A stretch of DNA of 64,000 nucleotides from Bdellovibrionales bacterium (GCA_965203275.1 OZ241865.1:2272001-2336000), one strand, 5' to 3'; positions 9,441-21,689 are shown, counted from the stretch's first letter. Notes: generated by a model not told the origin, from the letters alone. Numbers and translations: made by a program.

Positions 9441-9959
9441 ATGGTGAACAAAATTCTTTTAATAGTAATAGTATGTTTTTGTTTTTCTACCAAACCCTTA
9501 TTTGCTCAAACTTTTTTTTCTGTTGAACCTATGATCATACTAAAAGGGAGTAGTTTGTTATTAGCTAGCAGGTACAATGATACAGAGACTTTAAGCTCGT
9601 TGTTGGAAAATGGTGCAGACGTCAATTATTCAAATAGATGGGGTTACCTTTCTTTAATCGTGGCTAGTAAGTTCGGTGCTTTAGAGGCTGTAAATTTATT
9701 GCTAGATGCCGGTGCAGATGTCAATGCTGTCCATGCCCCTTCTGGTTGGAATTCTTTAATGTTTGCTGTTTGGAATAGCCGTCTTAAGGTTGTGGAGTCA
9801 TTGTTAGAAGCTGGAGCCAACGTCAATTATCAAAGCCGATTTGGCTATACGGCTTTAAATTATGCTAGACAAAAAGATCATACAGCTTTCACGAGTGCTA
9901 GACGAAAAGATCATATTGAAATTTTAAAACTCTTAGAAGAGGCCGGAGCTACAGAATAA
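9441..9959 (+). CDS. Secreted ankyrin-repeat protein
   Basis: Signal peptide; repeats LLENGADVN, LLDAGADVN, LLEAGANVN; AGGAGG RBS. Confidence 0.9.
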   Translation: MVNKILLIVIVCFCFSTKPLFAQTFFSVEPMIILKGSSLLLASRYNDTETLSSLLENGADVNYSNRWGYLSLIVASKFGALEAVNLLLDAGADVNAVHAPSGWNSLMFAVWNSRLKVVESLLEAGANVNYQSRFGYTALNYARQKDHTAFTSARRKDHIEILKLLEEAGATE

Positions 9960-10039
9960 TACCAATTCTATAAAGCCACGTATTTTTTTGACTCTTTTAA
10001 AGCTGTGTTTGCATTTTGACATCAATAGAATGAGAGAAA

Positions 10040-10367
10040 GGAGGATCTTCTCGTTTTTTAACGTGATGTTAAGGAAACAGAGCTTTATTCGCAAACTGCT
10101 TGCTCTTGAGGCAATAAAAGAAATTTTTCCTTAACATGGTATTTATCCGGGATCTGGGATCCGGCAACCCGGCAGTCAGGCAAGGGTGAAGCAAACGCCT
10201 TGTTTCCTTAACATGGTGTTAAGAAAAGAGGAGATCCTCCTTACTAAAAATAAACGGATTTTTGAGGCAATCAGCCTTTGATCGACGGCGAGAGCCGTCG
10301 GGCTGATTGCCCAAAAACAGCCAGAGGCTGGTTTACTTTTAGTGAAATAGACCATTTTGAGTGAAAA
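10040..10367 (-). repeat. Family A repeat cluster
   Basis: B-type palindromes, a heptamer array and a full hairpin at ~10243-10348. Confidence 0.9.
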
Positions 10368-10447
10368 GATTTATGACCAAAAAATGGTTTAAGCAACAGG
10401 GCTTGTGATCTCTTTGTTAGTGGTAATTTGGAGTAATCAAAAATGGC

Positions 10448-11869
10448 TTAAGCAGCAGAGCTTGTGATCTGCTTAAGAACCTTGATAGATAAATTATAAG
10501 ATTCATTTAAATGCTCTGCCCGAATATCTGAACTTCCATCTATATCTGCAATAGTCCTAGCTACTTGGATAATAGATATACGTTTTCTGTGAGCATATCT
10601 GAGTTCAGGGAAATATCTACAAAAAATATCCTCAGAGACCAACTGATAAGTCTTTTCAACAGAAAGCTTACTATTCGTCTTTGTTTGCCCTCTACGCTTT
10701 AATGCAAAATCCCTAGCTTGAATAATTGTATCCCTTAAACTCAAGGCAGGAATACATGGCTTGTTTGAAAAATCATCTGCTACAATAAGTACCTGAAAAC
10801 GATCAAATAAAGGACCTGAAATTCTGTTTAAATACTTCTGTAACCTAAAAGAAGAGCAAATACACTTATCTGGATAAGATGGTAAAAAGTTTCCACAAGA
10901 ACAAAGATTGGTTGTAGCTAAACACAAAAACTCTGCCGGAAAAGTTTTCATCCCATTAGCTCTTGCTAAATGAACAACACCTGTTTCTAAAGATTCACGT
11001 AAAGCCTCTTGCACAGAGGTAGAAAATTCTAAAAGCTCATCTAAAATTAATGTTCCTCCATGAGCTTTTGTAATAGCCCCAGGCCGTATAGGATTCCCTC
11101 CTCCAATAATAGAAATATGACTGCTTGTGTGATGAGGTGTCAATATAGGCCTCCAAGAAAGACTTTCACCCATCCGCCTCCAAATAGATCGAGCAACAGT
11201 GTAAAGCTCATCAGGAGGATCAGGTAGGGACCTGGCTATAATATTTGCTGTTGTTGTTTTACCTGTACCAGGGGATCCTACAAAAATAGCATTGTGCTGG
11301 CCTGTTGCAATAATACAAGCAACTCTTGCTTGATAATTAGAAAGCTTGATTTGAGAGATATTAGGCCTTTTAATAAATGCCTTTTGATTGGTAGCTTGTA
11401 CAAAATTAGGATAACAAATAGCCTGAAGTGATTGCAACTGAAGTGAAGAAAAAGGCAACCCCTGACTCACACCAGTAAATACAGCCTCACTACTTTTAAT
11501 AGGAAGATCTAAAATATCATCAGGTGTAATGACCTCTCCTTTTAAACTTAATTCTCCATAAAACAACGGAGGATGCTCTCCTAACTGTATTTGCTTGGTT
11601 TCATACAAAATGCCAGCAGCTATAGCTAGATCTATCCCCAGGCTCTTCTTTTTAATGTGATTGGGACGAATATGCACCAAAACTTGATGCCTCTTTGGCC
11701 AAGCAAAACCAGCTGTTTTAAGAGCTGATTTGATTCGGATAGCACTCTCTTTAATAGACACATCTGGTAATCCTGTGATCTTCAAATCAGGTAGCCCTGC
11801 AAAAAGAGTAATGTCTATTTCTGCCTTTAAAAGCTCATATCCGTTATCAATAAAAGAATACACTCTCAC
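10448..11869 (-). CDS. comM: YifB/ComM Mg-chelatase-like AAA+ ATPase
   Basis: GLPDVSIKES..RIKSAL, Walker A GSPGTGKT, PHHTSS, LILDELLEF, RISGPLFDRF, VARTIADID. Confidence 0.9.
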   Translation of the reverse strand: MRVYSFIDNGYELLKAEIDITLFAGLPDLKITGLPDVSIKESAIRIKSALKTAGFAWPKRHQVLVHIRPNHIKKKSLGIDLAIAAGILYETKQIQLGEHPPLFYGELSLKGEVITPDDILDLPIKSSEAVFTGVSQGLPFSSLQLQSLQAICYPNFVQATNQKAFIKRPNISQIKLSNYQARVACIIATGQHNAIFVGSPGTGKTTTANIIARSLPDPPDELYTVARSIWRRMGESLSWRPILTPHHTSSHISIIGGGNPIRPGAITKAHGGTLILDELLEFSTSVQEALRESLETGVVHLARANGMKTFPAEFLCLATTNLCSCGNFLPSYPDKCICSSFRLQKYLNRISGPLFDRFQVLIVADDFSNKPCIPALSLRDTIIQARDFALKRRGQTKTNSKLSVEKTYQLVSEDIFCRYFPELRYAHRKRISIIQVARTIADIDGSSDIRAEHLNESYNLSIKVLKQITSSAA

Positions 11870-12169
11870 AATTTTATACCTTGCTTTTTAAGATAGATTA
11901 TATCAACTTGTGACTTTATTTACTTGCTATTTTAAACTTCCTGCGTGATATATATGCAAAAAGCAGGCCTATTTGAAATAGCCCTCATTTGAATATAATG
12001 GTTTTAATTTTGAATAATTGCCGGAATTTGAACAAAAAACTATAAATTAAGTGACAAAATAAACTTCCTGAGTTGGATAGCTGAAAAATAAATTTAAGAG
12101 AGCAGTCAACATAATGATGACTTTCTCTGAATAAAAACTCTGAATAAAAATAGGACCTACAAATATATT

Positions 12170-13429
12170 ATGAACTTTTCTAAAAAATCACCTCTTTTAA
12201 TTATTTTCCTCACCATTGCTATTGACCTCATTGGCTTTGGTATGATCATTCCTTTAAGTCCTTACTTGGCAAGATATTTTGATGCTACAGGTACTCAAAT
12301 AGGATTGCTAATGTTTACTTATGCTATCTTCCAGCTTTGTTTTTCACCCTTTTGGGGATACTTAAGCGATCTATTTGGACGTCGACCTATCTTACTTATT
12401 AGCCTTTTAGGTTCTGCTATCGCTCATTTCTATATGGCTTTTGCTTCAGAACTTTGGATGCTCTTTTTAGCAAGAGGTATGGCAGGATTTTTTGGAGCAA
12501 GCCTTTCTGTTGCAACAGCTTATATTGCAGATGTCACTCACTCTGCAAATAGATCCCAAAATATGGGGATTATTGGAGCTGCTTTTGGTTTAGGTTTTGT
12601 TTTAGGTCCTGCTATCTCTGGTGGACTTTCTTATTTAAGTACACAATGGGGATTTGATGGAGCCTTTCGTATTGCATTCCCTGCCTTAGGAGCTTCTTTT
12701 ATTTGTCTTGCTAATTTTGTTTTTGCTTATTTTAAATTGCCAGAACCACAAAAAATAAAAATTCATTATACAGATTCTATAGAACTTCTTACAAAAACTA
12801 AAGTTTGGAAAAAGTTTATATCTTACATCAAACACCCTCTCTTAGGTAAATTGCTTATGGCAGAAATGCTTTTGACAATAGGCATGGGACAAATGGAAGC
12901 AACCTTTGCTTTATTCCTTAAAGAAGTTTTCTTTTGGCCAGTCACTACAACAAGCTTTGCCTTTGTTTACATTGGTTTTATAATGGTCTTCACCCAAGGC
13001 TATTTGATACGTAAATTAATGCCTATCTATGGAGAAAGACTTCTTTTATTTGCAGGTATAATTATTAGTATAGTAGCTATGGCAGGGATAGCATTTTCTT
13101 TCTTTCTATCGCAATATGCTATCTGGATATTATTATTTGCAGTGACCCTATTGGCAGTAGGTAATGGTTTTTATACTCCTGCCCTCTTAGGAATTGTCAG
13201 CCTCTCTGCTAAACAATCAGAACAAGGACGTATAATGGGCATCTATCAAAGTTATATGTCCATTGGCCGTATGATAGGAGCCGTCCTGGGAGGCCGTCTT
13301 TTTGATCAGCTAGCTTCTTTGCCCTATTTAAATGCATCTCTTGTTATGTTTATGGCATTTATTCTTATTTTACCACTTTACTCTCAATTGCCAGAAAATA
13401 AAAAATCCAAAGGAGAAAACACACAATGA
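12170..13429 (+). CDS. MFS transporter (TetA/DHA1-like)
   Basis: DLIGFGMIIP, motif A GYLSDLFGRRP, motif C GFVLGPAISG; ~12 hydrophobic segments. Confidence 0.9.
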   Translation: MNFSKKSPLLIIFLTIAIDLIGFGMIIPLSPYLARYFDATGTQIGLLMFTYAIFQLCFSPFWGYLSDLFGRRPILLISLLGSAIAHFYMAFASELWMLFLARGMAGFFGASLSVATAYIADVTHSANRSQNMGIIGAAFGLGFVLGPAISGGLSYLSTQWGFDGAFRIAFPALGASFICLANFVFAYFKLPEPQKIKIHYTDSIELLTKTKVWKKFISYIKHPLLGKLLMAEMLLTIGMGQMEATFALFLKEVFFWPVTTTSFAFVYIGFIMVFTQGYLIRKLMPIYGERLLLFAGIIISIVAMAGIAFSFFLSQYAIWILLFAVTLLAVGNGFYTPALLGIVSLSAKQSEQGRIMGIYQSYMSIGRMIGAVLGGRLFDQLASLPYLNASLVMFMAFILILPLYSQLPENKKSKGENTQ

Positions 13430-15963
13430 AACATCTTTATCTTGTAGATGTAAGTTCTATGTATTTTCGCTCTTATTATGCCATTAGAGATTTGAAGACC
13501 TCTCAAGGCTTGCCAACAAATGCCCTCTATGGATTTCTCAAGATGACAATCAAACTGCTCACAGAAGTTAAACCTGAATTTTTAGCTTATTGCTTTGATC
13601 GCAAAGAACCTAGCTTTCGCAAAGAACTCTATGAGCCTTATAAAGCCAATCGTGCAGAAATGCCAGAGGACCTGCAAAAACAAGTTTTTTATATTCCCAA
13701 AATAACTCAAGCACTTGGCATTAATACTTTTGACAAAGAAAATTTTGAAGCTGATGACGTAATTGGAACTCTCTGTCAGTGGGGGCAATCTCAAGGTTTT
13801 AAAATCACAATTGTCAGTAGCGATAAAGATTTTGTACAGCTTTTAAATCCTCAAGTTACATTGTGGGATACTTTTAAAGATATTAAGTATGACCCTCAAA
13901 AAGCCTTTAAAAAATGGGGAGTAAAACCTTATCAGATGGTTGATTATCTTGCACTTTGTGGGGATGCATCTGATAACATCCCTGGTGTACGTGGCATCGG
14001 ACCTAAAGGGGCTACTATTTTACTCTCTGAATATGAATCTCTAAAAGATATTTATCAAAATATAGATAAGATTAAAAATAAAAAGCAAAAAGAAAATCTT
14101 TTATCTTGTAGAAAGGAAGCTTTTTTATCTCAAGAGCTTGTCACTATAAGAAAAAATATTCCTTTTGATTTGAAAGCAGAAGACTTTTGTATTCAAAAAA
14201 CAAATACAAAAGATTTAGAAAAACTTTTGAAAGAGTTAGAATTTAAAACTTTCCAAAAGATACTTTTGCCATCCTCTATCTCTGATTCTAAAGCAAATAG
14301 TCCTTCAGAGCAGGTTTCTAATCAAAAAATAGAGAGCCTCACATTAGAAAAAGCACAAAAGTTATTAAAAAAACAAGATATGGTATGGGGTTTTATGGCA
14401 GATGAAAATACCCTTTTAGGCATAGATTCTCATTTATTTTTACTTCATCCAGAAAGCAAAGAGCTTATCTTATATTTAGAATCACTTGATCTGCAATGGA
14501 AAGGCTTTGATTTGAAAGCTTTTTGGAGGAAGTTAAAATTTCAAAAGGCACAGAAGGCTTATTGGAGTAGCCAATTGGCTGCGTATGTGATATTTTCTGA
14601 AAAGATCACTTCTTGGAAAATGCTTTATGAAAAACTTAAAGATGATATGACATTAAGTGAATCTTCTGATGAATTAACTTCTAGCTTCTCTTATCAAAAA
14701 ATTTACGAAGTGCAATTAGCTTTTGAAATTCTGCTCAAAGAAAGGCTTAAAGAGGCTGACCCATCAGATATTTATGGTACCATCGAACTTCCGCTTTTAC
14801 CTATTTTATTTGATATGGAAAAACATGGTGTTTTAATTGATACGGATAAACTTACATTGCAAAGCCAAGAGTTAAAAACAAAGATTGATGAGATAGAAAC
14901 CAGGATTCATGCTCAAGCAGGTATAGATTTTAATATTGCAAGTCCTAAGCAGTTAGCCGAAGTTTTATTTGATCAGATGGGACTGCCTATTATTAAAAAA
15001 ACCAAAACAGGCCCTTCAACAGAATCTTCTGTGCTAGAAACTCTTGCTCCTTTATACCCTATTGCTCAGGATGTGATCCAGATCAGAGAACTTCTTAAAT
15101 TAAAGTCAACGTATGTGGATGCACTGCCTCAATTAATTGACCCTCAAACTCATCGAGTGCATACACATTTTAATCAAGCCACTGTGACAACAGGTAGACT
15201 TTCAAGTTCTTCACCTAATTTACAAAATATTCCAATTAAAAACAGAACTATACGACAAGCTTTCATCTGCCCTAAAGATATGTGTTTGGTTTCAGCCGAT
15301 TACAGTCAAATAGAGCTAAGAATTTTAGCACATTTGAGTGGTGACCCGGGTTTGGTTGCTGCTTTTAAAAAAGATATAGATGTGCATCTTGCAACAGCTA
15401 GAGAAATTTTCCCAGATCATTTTGCAAGCGGAGGTAGCTTAGAGGAAAAGCGATCCATTGCCAAAGCAGTTAATTTTGGATTAGCTTACGGACAAACAGC
15501 TTTTGGTTTATCTAAGGTTTTGAAGATCACTCAAATGGAAGCCAAGGAGATCATCACTCGTTATTTTGAGAGATTTCCAAGTGTTAAAGGCTATATGCAA
15601 GAAATTATTCAATTTGCTCAAAAGCATGGTTATGTAGAGACCCTTTTTGGTAGAAGGCGTATCATCTATGAGTTACATGCAAAAAAGGCCTTAAGACAAA
15701 AGTTTGGAGAGAGGGCTGCCATTAATGCCCCTTTGCAGGGTTCTGCCAGTGACATTGTTAAAAAAGCTATGATTTGTTTATTTTGTGAGTTAAACAGCCC
15801 AATGATTTTACAGGTACATGATGAGTTAGTATTTGAGGTAGCTTGTAACAAGCTTGAGAGTGAAATGGCATTGATTAAAGACATTATGGAAAATATCATC
15901 ACATTAAATATTCCACTGAAAGTGAATATCCAATCCGGCTCTAACTGGGACGAAGCTCATTAA
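13426..15963 (+). CDS. polA: DNA polymerase I
   Basis: 5'-3' exonuclease motifs (EADDVIGT, GDASDNIPGV); TTGRLSSSSPNLQNIP, DYSQIELRILAH, QVHDELVFE. Confidence 0.97.
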   Translation: MKHLYLVDVSSMYFRSYYAIRDLKTSQGLPTNALYGFLKMTIKLLTEVKPEFLAYCFDRKEPSFRKELYEPYKANRAEMPEDLQKQVFYIPKITQALGINTFDKENFEADDVIGTLCQWGQSQGFKITIVSSDKDFVQLLNPQVTLWDTFKDIKYDPQKAFKKWGVKPYQMVDYLALCGDASDNIPGVRGIGPKGATILLSEYESLKDIYQNIDKIKNKKQKENLLSCRKEAFLSQELVTIRKNIPFDLKAEDFCIQKTNTKDLEKLLKELEFKTFQKILLPSSISDSKANSPSEQVSNQKIESLTLEKAQKLLKKQDMVWGFMADENTLLGIDSHLFLLHPESKELILYLESLDLQWKGFDLKAFWRKLKFQKAQKAYWSSQLAAYVIFSEKITSWKMLYEKLKDDMTLSESSDELTSSFSYQKIYEVQLAFEILLKERLKEADPSDIYGTIELPLLPILFDMEKHGVLIDTDKLTLQSQELKTKIDEIETRIHAQAGIDFNIASPKQLAEVLFDQMGLPIIKKTKTGPSTESSVLETLAPLYPIAQDVIQIRELLKLKSTYVDALPQLIDPQTHRVHTHFNQATVTTGRLSSSSPNLQNIPIKNRTIRQAFICPKDMCLVSADYSQIELRILAHLSGDPGLVAAFKKDIDVHLATAREIFPDHFASGGSLEEKRSIAKAVNFGLAYGQTAFGLSKVLKITQMEAKEIITRYFERFPSVKGYMQEIIQFAQKHGYVETLFGRRRIIYELHAKKALRQKFGERAAINAPLQGSASDIVKKAMICLFCELNSPMILQVHDELVFEVACNKLESEMALIKDIMENIITLNIPLKVNIQSGSNWDEAH

Positions 15964-16386
15964 AAATTTATTTCTCCTTAAAAACATTGACAGCTAAAGG
16001 TTTCAAATTATTTTTTGATGGTATTATTTTGAGATAATAGATTTTAATGAGGCTTCACATTTGACACATTACTTTTGAACTTGAAAGATCAACAGCAATC
16101 AAATGATTTTATAGGTACATGATGCATTTGTATTTGCATGAAATATTTGCGATCAACTTGAGGATGAAATGGTATTGACAAAGATATTGTGGATGTCCCA
16201 TTGAATATTCTAAGATAATGCAGAAATACTAAACATTTTATTTTTTGATAATTCAGGCAAAATATATTTGACCTCATTGGAATAAATATTTAAAGTTTAC
16301 TTAATTTAATTTATGGCTTAGCCTGGTAAATTAAAAAATAGCTAAAAAAGAATAACAATCAAATAATAATAAGAAGGAGTATATAA

Positions 16387-17283
16387 TTGTCTATATTAGT
16401 TGATTCAAAGACAAAGGTTTTATGCCAGGGGTTTACTGGTTCACATGGAACTTTCCATTCTCAGCAAGCATTGGAATATGGTACGAAACTTGTCGGAGGG
16501 ATCACCCCTGGTAAGGGTGGTCAAAAACATCTTGGGTTGCCTGTTTTTAATACTGTCAAAGAGGCCGTGGATGCGACTGGAGCTAATGCTTCTATGATCT
16601 ATGTACCTCCAAAGTTCGCAGCTGATGCTATTATGGAAGCTGTTGATGCTCAGTTAGAATTAGTGGTTTGCATTACAGAAGGGATCCCTATTTTAGATAT
16701 GATGAAGGTTAAAGATTTTATGAAAGATCAGCCCACCAGATTAATAGGTCCGAATTGCCCAGGAGTAATTACACCTGGGCAATGCAAGATAGGTATTATG
16801 CCTGGATCCATTCATAAGCCTGGCTCTATTGGTATTTTATCGCGTTCTGGGACCCTCACTTATGAAGCTGTTTGGCAAGTTTCTCACATAGGTCTAGGTC
16901 AAAGTTCTTGTGTGGGTATTGGTGGTGACCCTATTAAAGGTACAGATTTTATAGATATTCTTAAATTATTTCAAGCTGATAGCCAAACTGAAGCTATTAT
17001 TTTAATTGGAGAAATTGGTGGGGACGGAGAAGAAAAAGCAGCTGAGTATATTCATTCAGAAGTAAGCAAACCCGTTGTAGCCTTTATTGCAGGAGCTACA
17101 GCTCCTCCTGGCAAGCGTATGGGTCATGCAGGAGCCATCATTGCAGGTTCATCAGGTCGTGCTGAAGATAAATTCAAAGCACTTGAAAAGGCCGGTTGTC
17201 ATATCAGTAAGAATCCAGCAAAGTTAGGTCATACTCTCAAGCAAACCTTAATCTCTTTGGGCAAGTTTGGGCCGAGACAATAG
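16387..17283 (+). CDS. sucD: Succinyl-CoA synthetase alpha subunit
   Basis: [30 protein letters not shown] start after AAGGAG. Confidence 0.97.
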   Translation: MSILVDSKTKVLCQGFTGSHGTFHSQQALEYGTKLVGGITPGKGGQKHLGLPVFNTVKEAVDATGANASMIYVPPKFAADAIMEAVDAQLELVVCITEGIPILDMMKVKDFMKDQPTRLIGPNCPGVITPGQCKIGIMPGSIHKPGSIGILSRSGTLTYEAVWQVSHIGLGQSSCVGIGGDPIKGTDFIDILKLFQADSQTEAIILIGEIGGDGEEKAAEYIHSEVSKPVVAFIAGATAPPGKRMGHAGAIIAGSSGRAEDKFKALEKAGCHISKNPAKLGHTLKQTLISLGKFGPRQ

Positions 17284-18228
17284 CTTTTGTCTTAAATACT
17301 GCGAAACCTTATAACTTGATCCAATAGGAATACGTATGCGGTGTTGTTTAACAGAAAGAGGTATTCTTGAAAGTAACAGTTCAGGATTAAGTCTTCTCAA
17401 AAGACTAAGTGGAACATTCAAATGCCTTGCTAGATGAGATAAATACACACCCCCTGGCATCATAAAGTATTCAAAATGGTCTGGCTTTTGAGAATTGAGA
17501 TTTCTAAAGCCGTAAAGGCCTGGAGCTTTAGAGATCAGCATAGCTGCAATGATTTTTGGTACATAATGAATCGTTTCAGAATAGAGTGCTTTTTTCCTTG
17601 CTAATGTCCAAAAGTTGCGTGTGTTATGCTTTTTAATCAATCTTTTGATACGATTTTCTCCCGTGTTATAAGCAGCAGCTACAAGATACCAAGAACCAAA
17701 CATATCGTAAAGATATTTAATGTAACTACTAGCAGCTTTTGTGCTTTTATAAAGATCGCGTCGTTCATCTAACCACCAGGTTATTTGTAAACCAAAGCGT
17801 TGTCCTGTCTCTCGGATAAATTGCCATGGACCTACAGCAGAAGCTGAAGAAACAGCTTGAAAAGAAAATCCACTTTCAATCATTGCCATATATACCAAAT
17901 CTTTGGGCAAATTTTCATAAACTAAAATATTTTGTATAGGCCTTGAAACCCTTGTGTATCTTTCTAACCATAACCTAAAATGCACTTGACCTGTTGTTTG
18001 AAAATGATGAATCCAATTTTTGACTTGATTGTTGTATTCTACAGGGAGATCAAATATCAAAGAAGATTCTGTTTTCTCTATAACTTGCGTAGGCTTTATA
18101 GCTATTTGGTCAAAAGTAGGTATACTTTGCACAACAGCTATAGCTGGGGTAACAAAAATTAAAAAAAGCACGGCAAATTGCCAGCTGATCTTATAACAAA
18201 AATAAATAGATTGGGGTAAAAATCTCAT
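17248..18228 (-). CDS. Lytic murein transglycosylase (MltD-like SLT domain)
   Basis: [32 protein letters not shown]. Confidence 0.9.
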   Translation of the reverse strand: MRFLPQSIYFCYKISWQFAVLFLIFVTPAIAVVQSIPTFDQIAIKPTQVIEKTESSLIFDLPVEYNNQVKNWIHHFQTTGQVHFRLWLERYTRVSRPIQNILVYENLPKDLVYMAMIESGFSFQAVSSASAVGPWQFIRETGQRFGLQITWWLDERRDLYKSTKAASSYIKYLYDMFGSWYLVAAAYNTGENRIKRLIKKHNTRNFWTLARKKALYSETIHYVPKIIAAMLISKAPGLYGFRNLNSQKPDHFEYFMMPGGVYLSHLARHLNVPLSLLRRLNPELLLSRIPLSVKQHRIRIPIGSSYKVSQYLRQKLLSRPKLAQRD

Positions 18229-18471
18229 AATACTTATTTTTAAATAAATTCCTACACCTTGTCATCCTTAAGTACTTATCAACACTAGGCTTTAGTTGAG
18301 AAAGGACTTGTTTATTGACAGTTTTAAAGTGTGATCAGCGTGAGTGTTAAAATAGAAAAGTCTTTAAATAAGATGCTGTTTTTTTAGAATTTTTATGTTA
18401 AATAAAATAGAAAGTGTGTTGGAAAAAATAACAATAACCATTATGAAAGATATATCTTAAAGCCTTAGAAC

Positions 18472-21400
18472 ATGAAGCATCCTATACGTATTATCACTGC
18501 TGCAAGCCTTTTTGACGGACACGACGTCAGTATTAATATCATCAGACGTATGCTTCAAGATGCTGGTTGTGAAGTGATCCACTTAGGACATAACCGCTCA
18601 GTCGTGGACGTAGTGCGTACATCTCTCCAAGAATCTGCTCAAGCCATTTGTATTAGCAACTATCAAGGTGGACATGTAGCTTATTTTAAATATACACGTA
18701 GTTTACTTAATGAAAATGGAGCTTCTTATGTCAAAATCTTTGGTGGAGGCGGAGGCTTGATCACACCACAAGAAAAACAAGAACTAGAAGCCTTTGGCAT
18801 TAGTCGCATTTTTCGACCAGAAGACGGCAAAAAACTTGGTCTAGAGGGTATGATTCAAGAAATCATACAAATTTCTGATTTTGATGTGTGCCAAGCTTAC
18901 CTTAAATCTAAAACGAAATCTCAAATGCAACCTTCTATTTATCTTCTAGCCGATAAAGATTTAGGACTTAAACTCAGTGGTGTTGAGTCTAAAGAGTTAT
19001 TTCATTTACCTTATGTACCTGATAAAAATACCACCGCAAAGCCTTTAGTGTTAGGAGTGACAGGAACAGGCGGAGCAGGGAAGTCTTCACTTGTAGATGA
19101 ATTGCTTTTGCGTTTTGCAAGGTATTTTAAAAATATCAAGATAGGTATTTTATGTGTTGATCCTAGTAAAAAGAAAACTGGTGGAGCCTTGCTTGGTGAT
19201 CGTATCAGAATGAATAGTTTGTCTTTCTCACATTTTTTTATGAAGTCTTTGGCTTCTGGCACTTCAGGGAGAGAAATTTCTGATAATTTAAAATTTCTTT
19301 TAGATCAAATGAAAGATCAAGGGTTTGATTTGTTGATTGTAGAAACATCTGGTATTGGTCAAGCAGGATCAGCTATCACAGAGGTTTCAGACTTAAACCT
19401 TTATGTGATGACAAGTGATTTTGGTGCATCCACACAATTAGAAAAAATTGACATGATTGACTTTGCAGATTTTATTGCTATCAACAAAGCTGATCGTCAA
19501 GGTTCTGTTGATGCTTTGAGAGATGTGAGAAAACAATATAGACGATCTAGAAAACTCTTTGACCCTCAGTTAAAGTCGGATGGAAATTTACCTATTTTTT
19601 TAACACAGGCTTCTCATTTTAATAATAAAGGGGTCACTAAGCTATTCCTTGCTATTATAAAAAAACTCAATTGGAATATATCCACTGACAAAGAATCATC
19701 TTATTTATCTCATGGGTCTATTATTCCCACAGAAAGAAAGGGTTATTTAACAGAAATTGTAAAAACCATTCATAAATACAAATCAGAGGTTCAAAGCAAA
19801 GCAAAAATAGCCTATCAAATAGGAGCTTTAGAAGAAGCTCAGAGATTATTACCTCACTTCAAGGAAGATATAAAACTTGAATTATCAAGGCTTAAAAAAG
19901 ACTTAGGTTCTAAAAATTATCGACTTTTACAATCATGGGATGACAAGCAGAGAATCTATGAGCAAGACTCTATGCCTTATTCTGTAATGGGTGTGAATAA
20001 AACCTATCCTTTAAAGTACACATCTCTTGCAGGGACAACCTTAAAACGAGTTATTTTCCCTTCTATTCAAGATAAGGGAGAGCGGTTTAAGTTTTTAAAA
20101 TTAGAGAACATACCAGGGGAGTTTCCTTTCACAGCAGGAATATGGACACTGAAACGTCAAGATGAAGATCCTCAAAGGCAGTTTGCAGGAGAAGGGACTC
20201 CTGAAAAAACAAACAAAAGATTCCACTATCTTTGTCGCAACACAAAAGCCAAAAGATTATCTACAGCTTTTGACAGTGTGACATTGTACGGGGAAGATCC
20301 CGATCTACGTCCTGATATTTATAGTAGGATTGGAGAATGTGGTGTAAGTATTTGTACTTTAGATAATATGAAAACATTGTATCAAGAGTTTGATTTATGT
20401 GACCCTTCTACAAGTGTGAGTATGACCATTAATGGACCTGCTCCAATGATCTTAGCCTTTTTTATGAATGCAGCTATCGATCAACAAATAGAGAAAAAAG
20501 CTAAAAGCTTAAAGAGAAGTTTAACACATAAAGAAATAAAAGAAATAGAAACTCAAACTTTTAAAAGTGTGCGAGGAACAGTACAAGCTGATATTTTAAA
20601 GGAGGAGCAAGCTCAAAATACTTGTATTTTTTCAACAGACTTTGCATTAAAGATGATGGGAGATATTCAAGAGTTTTTTATTTTAAAAGGTGTGAGGTAT
20701 TTTTATTCTGTGAGTATTTCTGGTTATCATATTGCAGAAGCGGGTGCCAATCCTATTACTCAAGTTGCCTTTACTTTAGCTAATGCATTTACTTATGTGG
20801 AGTATTATTTATCTAGAGGGATGAAGGTGGATGAGTTTGCACCACATCTTTCATTATTTTTTTCAAATGGTTTAGATCCTGAGTACGCTGTGATTGGTAG
20901 GGTGGCTAGGCGGATTTGGGCTATTGCTTTAAGGGATTTGTATGCTGGAAATGAACGGAGTCAAAAACTAAAATATCATATTCAAACAAGTGGACGATCT
21001 CTTCACAATGAGGAGATGCAGTTTAATGATATTAGGACCACCTTACAAGCTTTGATTGCTATTTATGACAGGTGCAATAGCTTGCATACGAATTCCTATG
21101 ATGAGGCTGTTACGACACCTACACAGGAATCTGTTAGGAGAGCTATGGCTATTCAAATGATTATTAATCGTGAGTTTGGAATGAGTAAATGTGAAAATAC
21201 CATGCAAGGTAGTTATTGGTTAGAAGAATTAACAGATTTAGTGGAAGAAGCTATTTTAAGTGAATTTGTGAGGATTAGTGAAAGGGGTGGAGTATTGACA
21301 GCGATAGAGCATGGGTATCAAAGAGGCAGAATTCAAGATGAATCTTTATACTATGAGCATCTTAAACATTCTGGTGATTTGCCTATTATTGGTGTGAATA

Positions 21401-21684
21401 CCTATCTTGATCCTGATTTGAGTACAAAAGATACTCCATCTGTAGATGTTCAAAGATTGTCTAGATCAAATAAGCAAGAGAAGGATGAGCAGCTCCAACA
21501 TCTGCAAGATTTTAAGACAAAGCATCAAAAGCAAGCACAAGATCATTTGCAGAGATTAAAGCAAAAAATTTTATCAGGTCACAATATATTTGAAGCCTTG
21601 ATGGTGGCATCTAGATATTGCAGTTTAGGGCAGATGTCTGGAGCTTTGTATGAGGTGGGTGGTGCCTACCGCCGGTCAATATAG
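18472..21684 (+). CDS. icmF: Fused isobutyryl-CoA mutase / MeaB-like GTPase
   Basis: B12 domain FDGHDVS, GTPase GTGGAGKSS and ETSGIGQ, mutase RLSTAFDSVTLYG and SISGYHIAEAGANP; 1070 aa. Confidence 0.95.
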   Translation: MKHPIRIITAASLFDGHDVSINIIRRMLQDAGCEVIHLGHNRSVVDVVRTSLQESAQAICISNYQGGHVAYFKYTRSLLNENGASYVKIFGGGGGLITPQEKQELEAFGISRIFRPEDGKKLGLEGMIQEIIQISDFDVCQAYLKSKTKSQMQPSIYLLADKDLGLKLSGVESKELFHLPYVPDKNTTAKPLVLGVTGTGGAGKSSLVDELLLRFARYFKNIKIGILCVDPSKKKTGGALLGDRIRMNSLSFSHFFMKSLASGTSGREISDNLKFLLDQMKDQGFDLLIVETSGIGQAGSAITEVSDLNLYVMTSDFGASTQLEKIDMIDFADFIAINKADRQGSVDALRDVRKQYRRSRKLFDPQLKSDGNLPIFLTQASHFNNKGVTKLFLAIIKKLNWNISTDKESSYLSHGSIIPTERKGYLTEIVKTIHKYKSEVQSKAKIAYQIGALEEAQRLLPHFKEDIKLELSRLKKDLGSKNYRLLQSWDDKQRIYEQDSMPYSVMGVNKTYPLKYTSLAGTTLKRVIFPSIQDKGERFKFLKLENIPGEFPFTAGIWTLKRQDEDPQRQFAGEGTPEKTNKRFHYLCRNTKAKRLSTAFDSVTLYGEDPDLRPDIYSRIGECGVSICTLDNMKTLYQEFDLCDPSTSVSMTINGPAPMILAFFMNAAIDQQIEKKAKSLKRSLTHKEIKEIETQTFKSVRGTVQADILKEEQAQNTCIFSTDFALKMMGDIQEFFILKGVRYFYSVSISGYHIAEAGANPITQVAFTLANAFTYVEYYLSRGMKVDEFAPHLSLFFSNGLDPEYAVIGRVARRIWAIALRDLYAGNERSQKLKYHIQTSGRSLHNEEMQFNDIRTTLQALIAIYDRCNSLHTNSYDEAVTTPTQESVRRAMAIQMIINREFGMSKCENTMQGSYWLEELTDLVEEAILSEFVRISERGGVLTAIEHGYQRGRIQDESLYYEHLKHSGDLPIIGVNTYLDPDLSTKDTPSVDVQRLSRSNKQEKDEQLQHLQDFKTKHQKQAQDHLQRLKQKILSGHNIFEALMVASRYCSLGQMSGALYEVGGAYRRSI

Positions 21685-21689
21685 CCGGT

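Noticed and set aside
15964..16386. sucC remnant upstream of sucD
   Set aside because: No recognisable SucC motifs in the frames I read; it may be an unrelated decayed gene.
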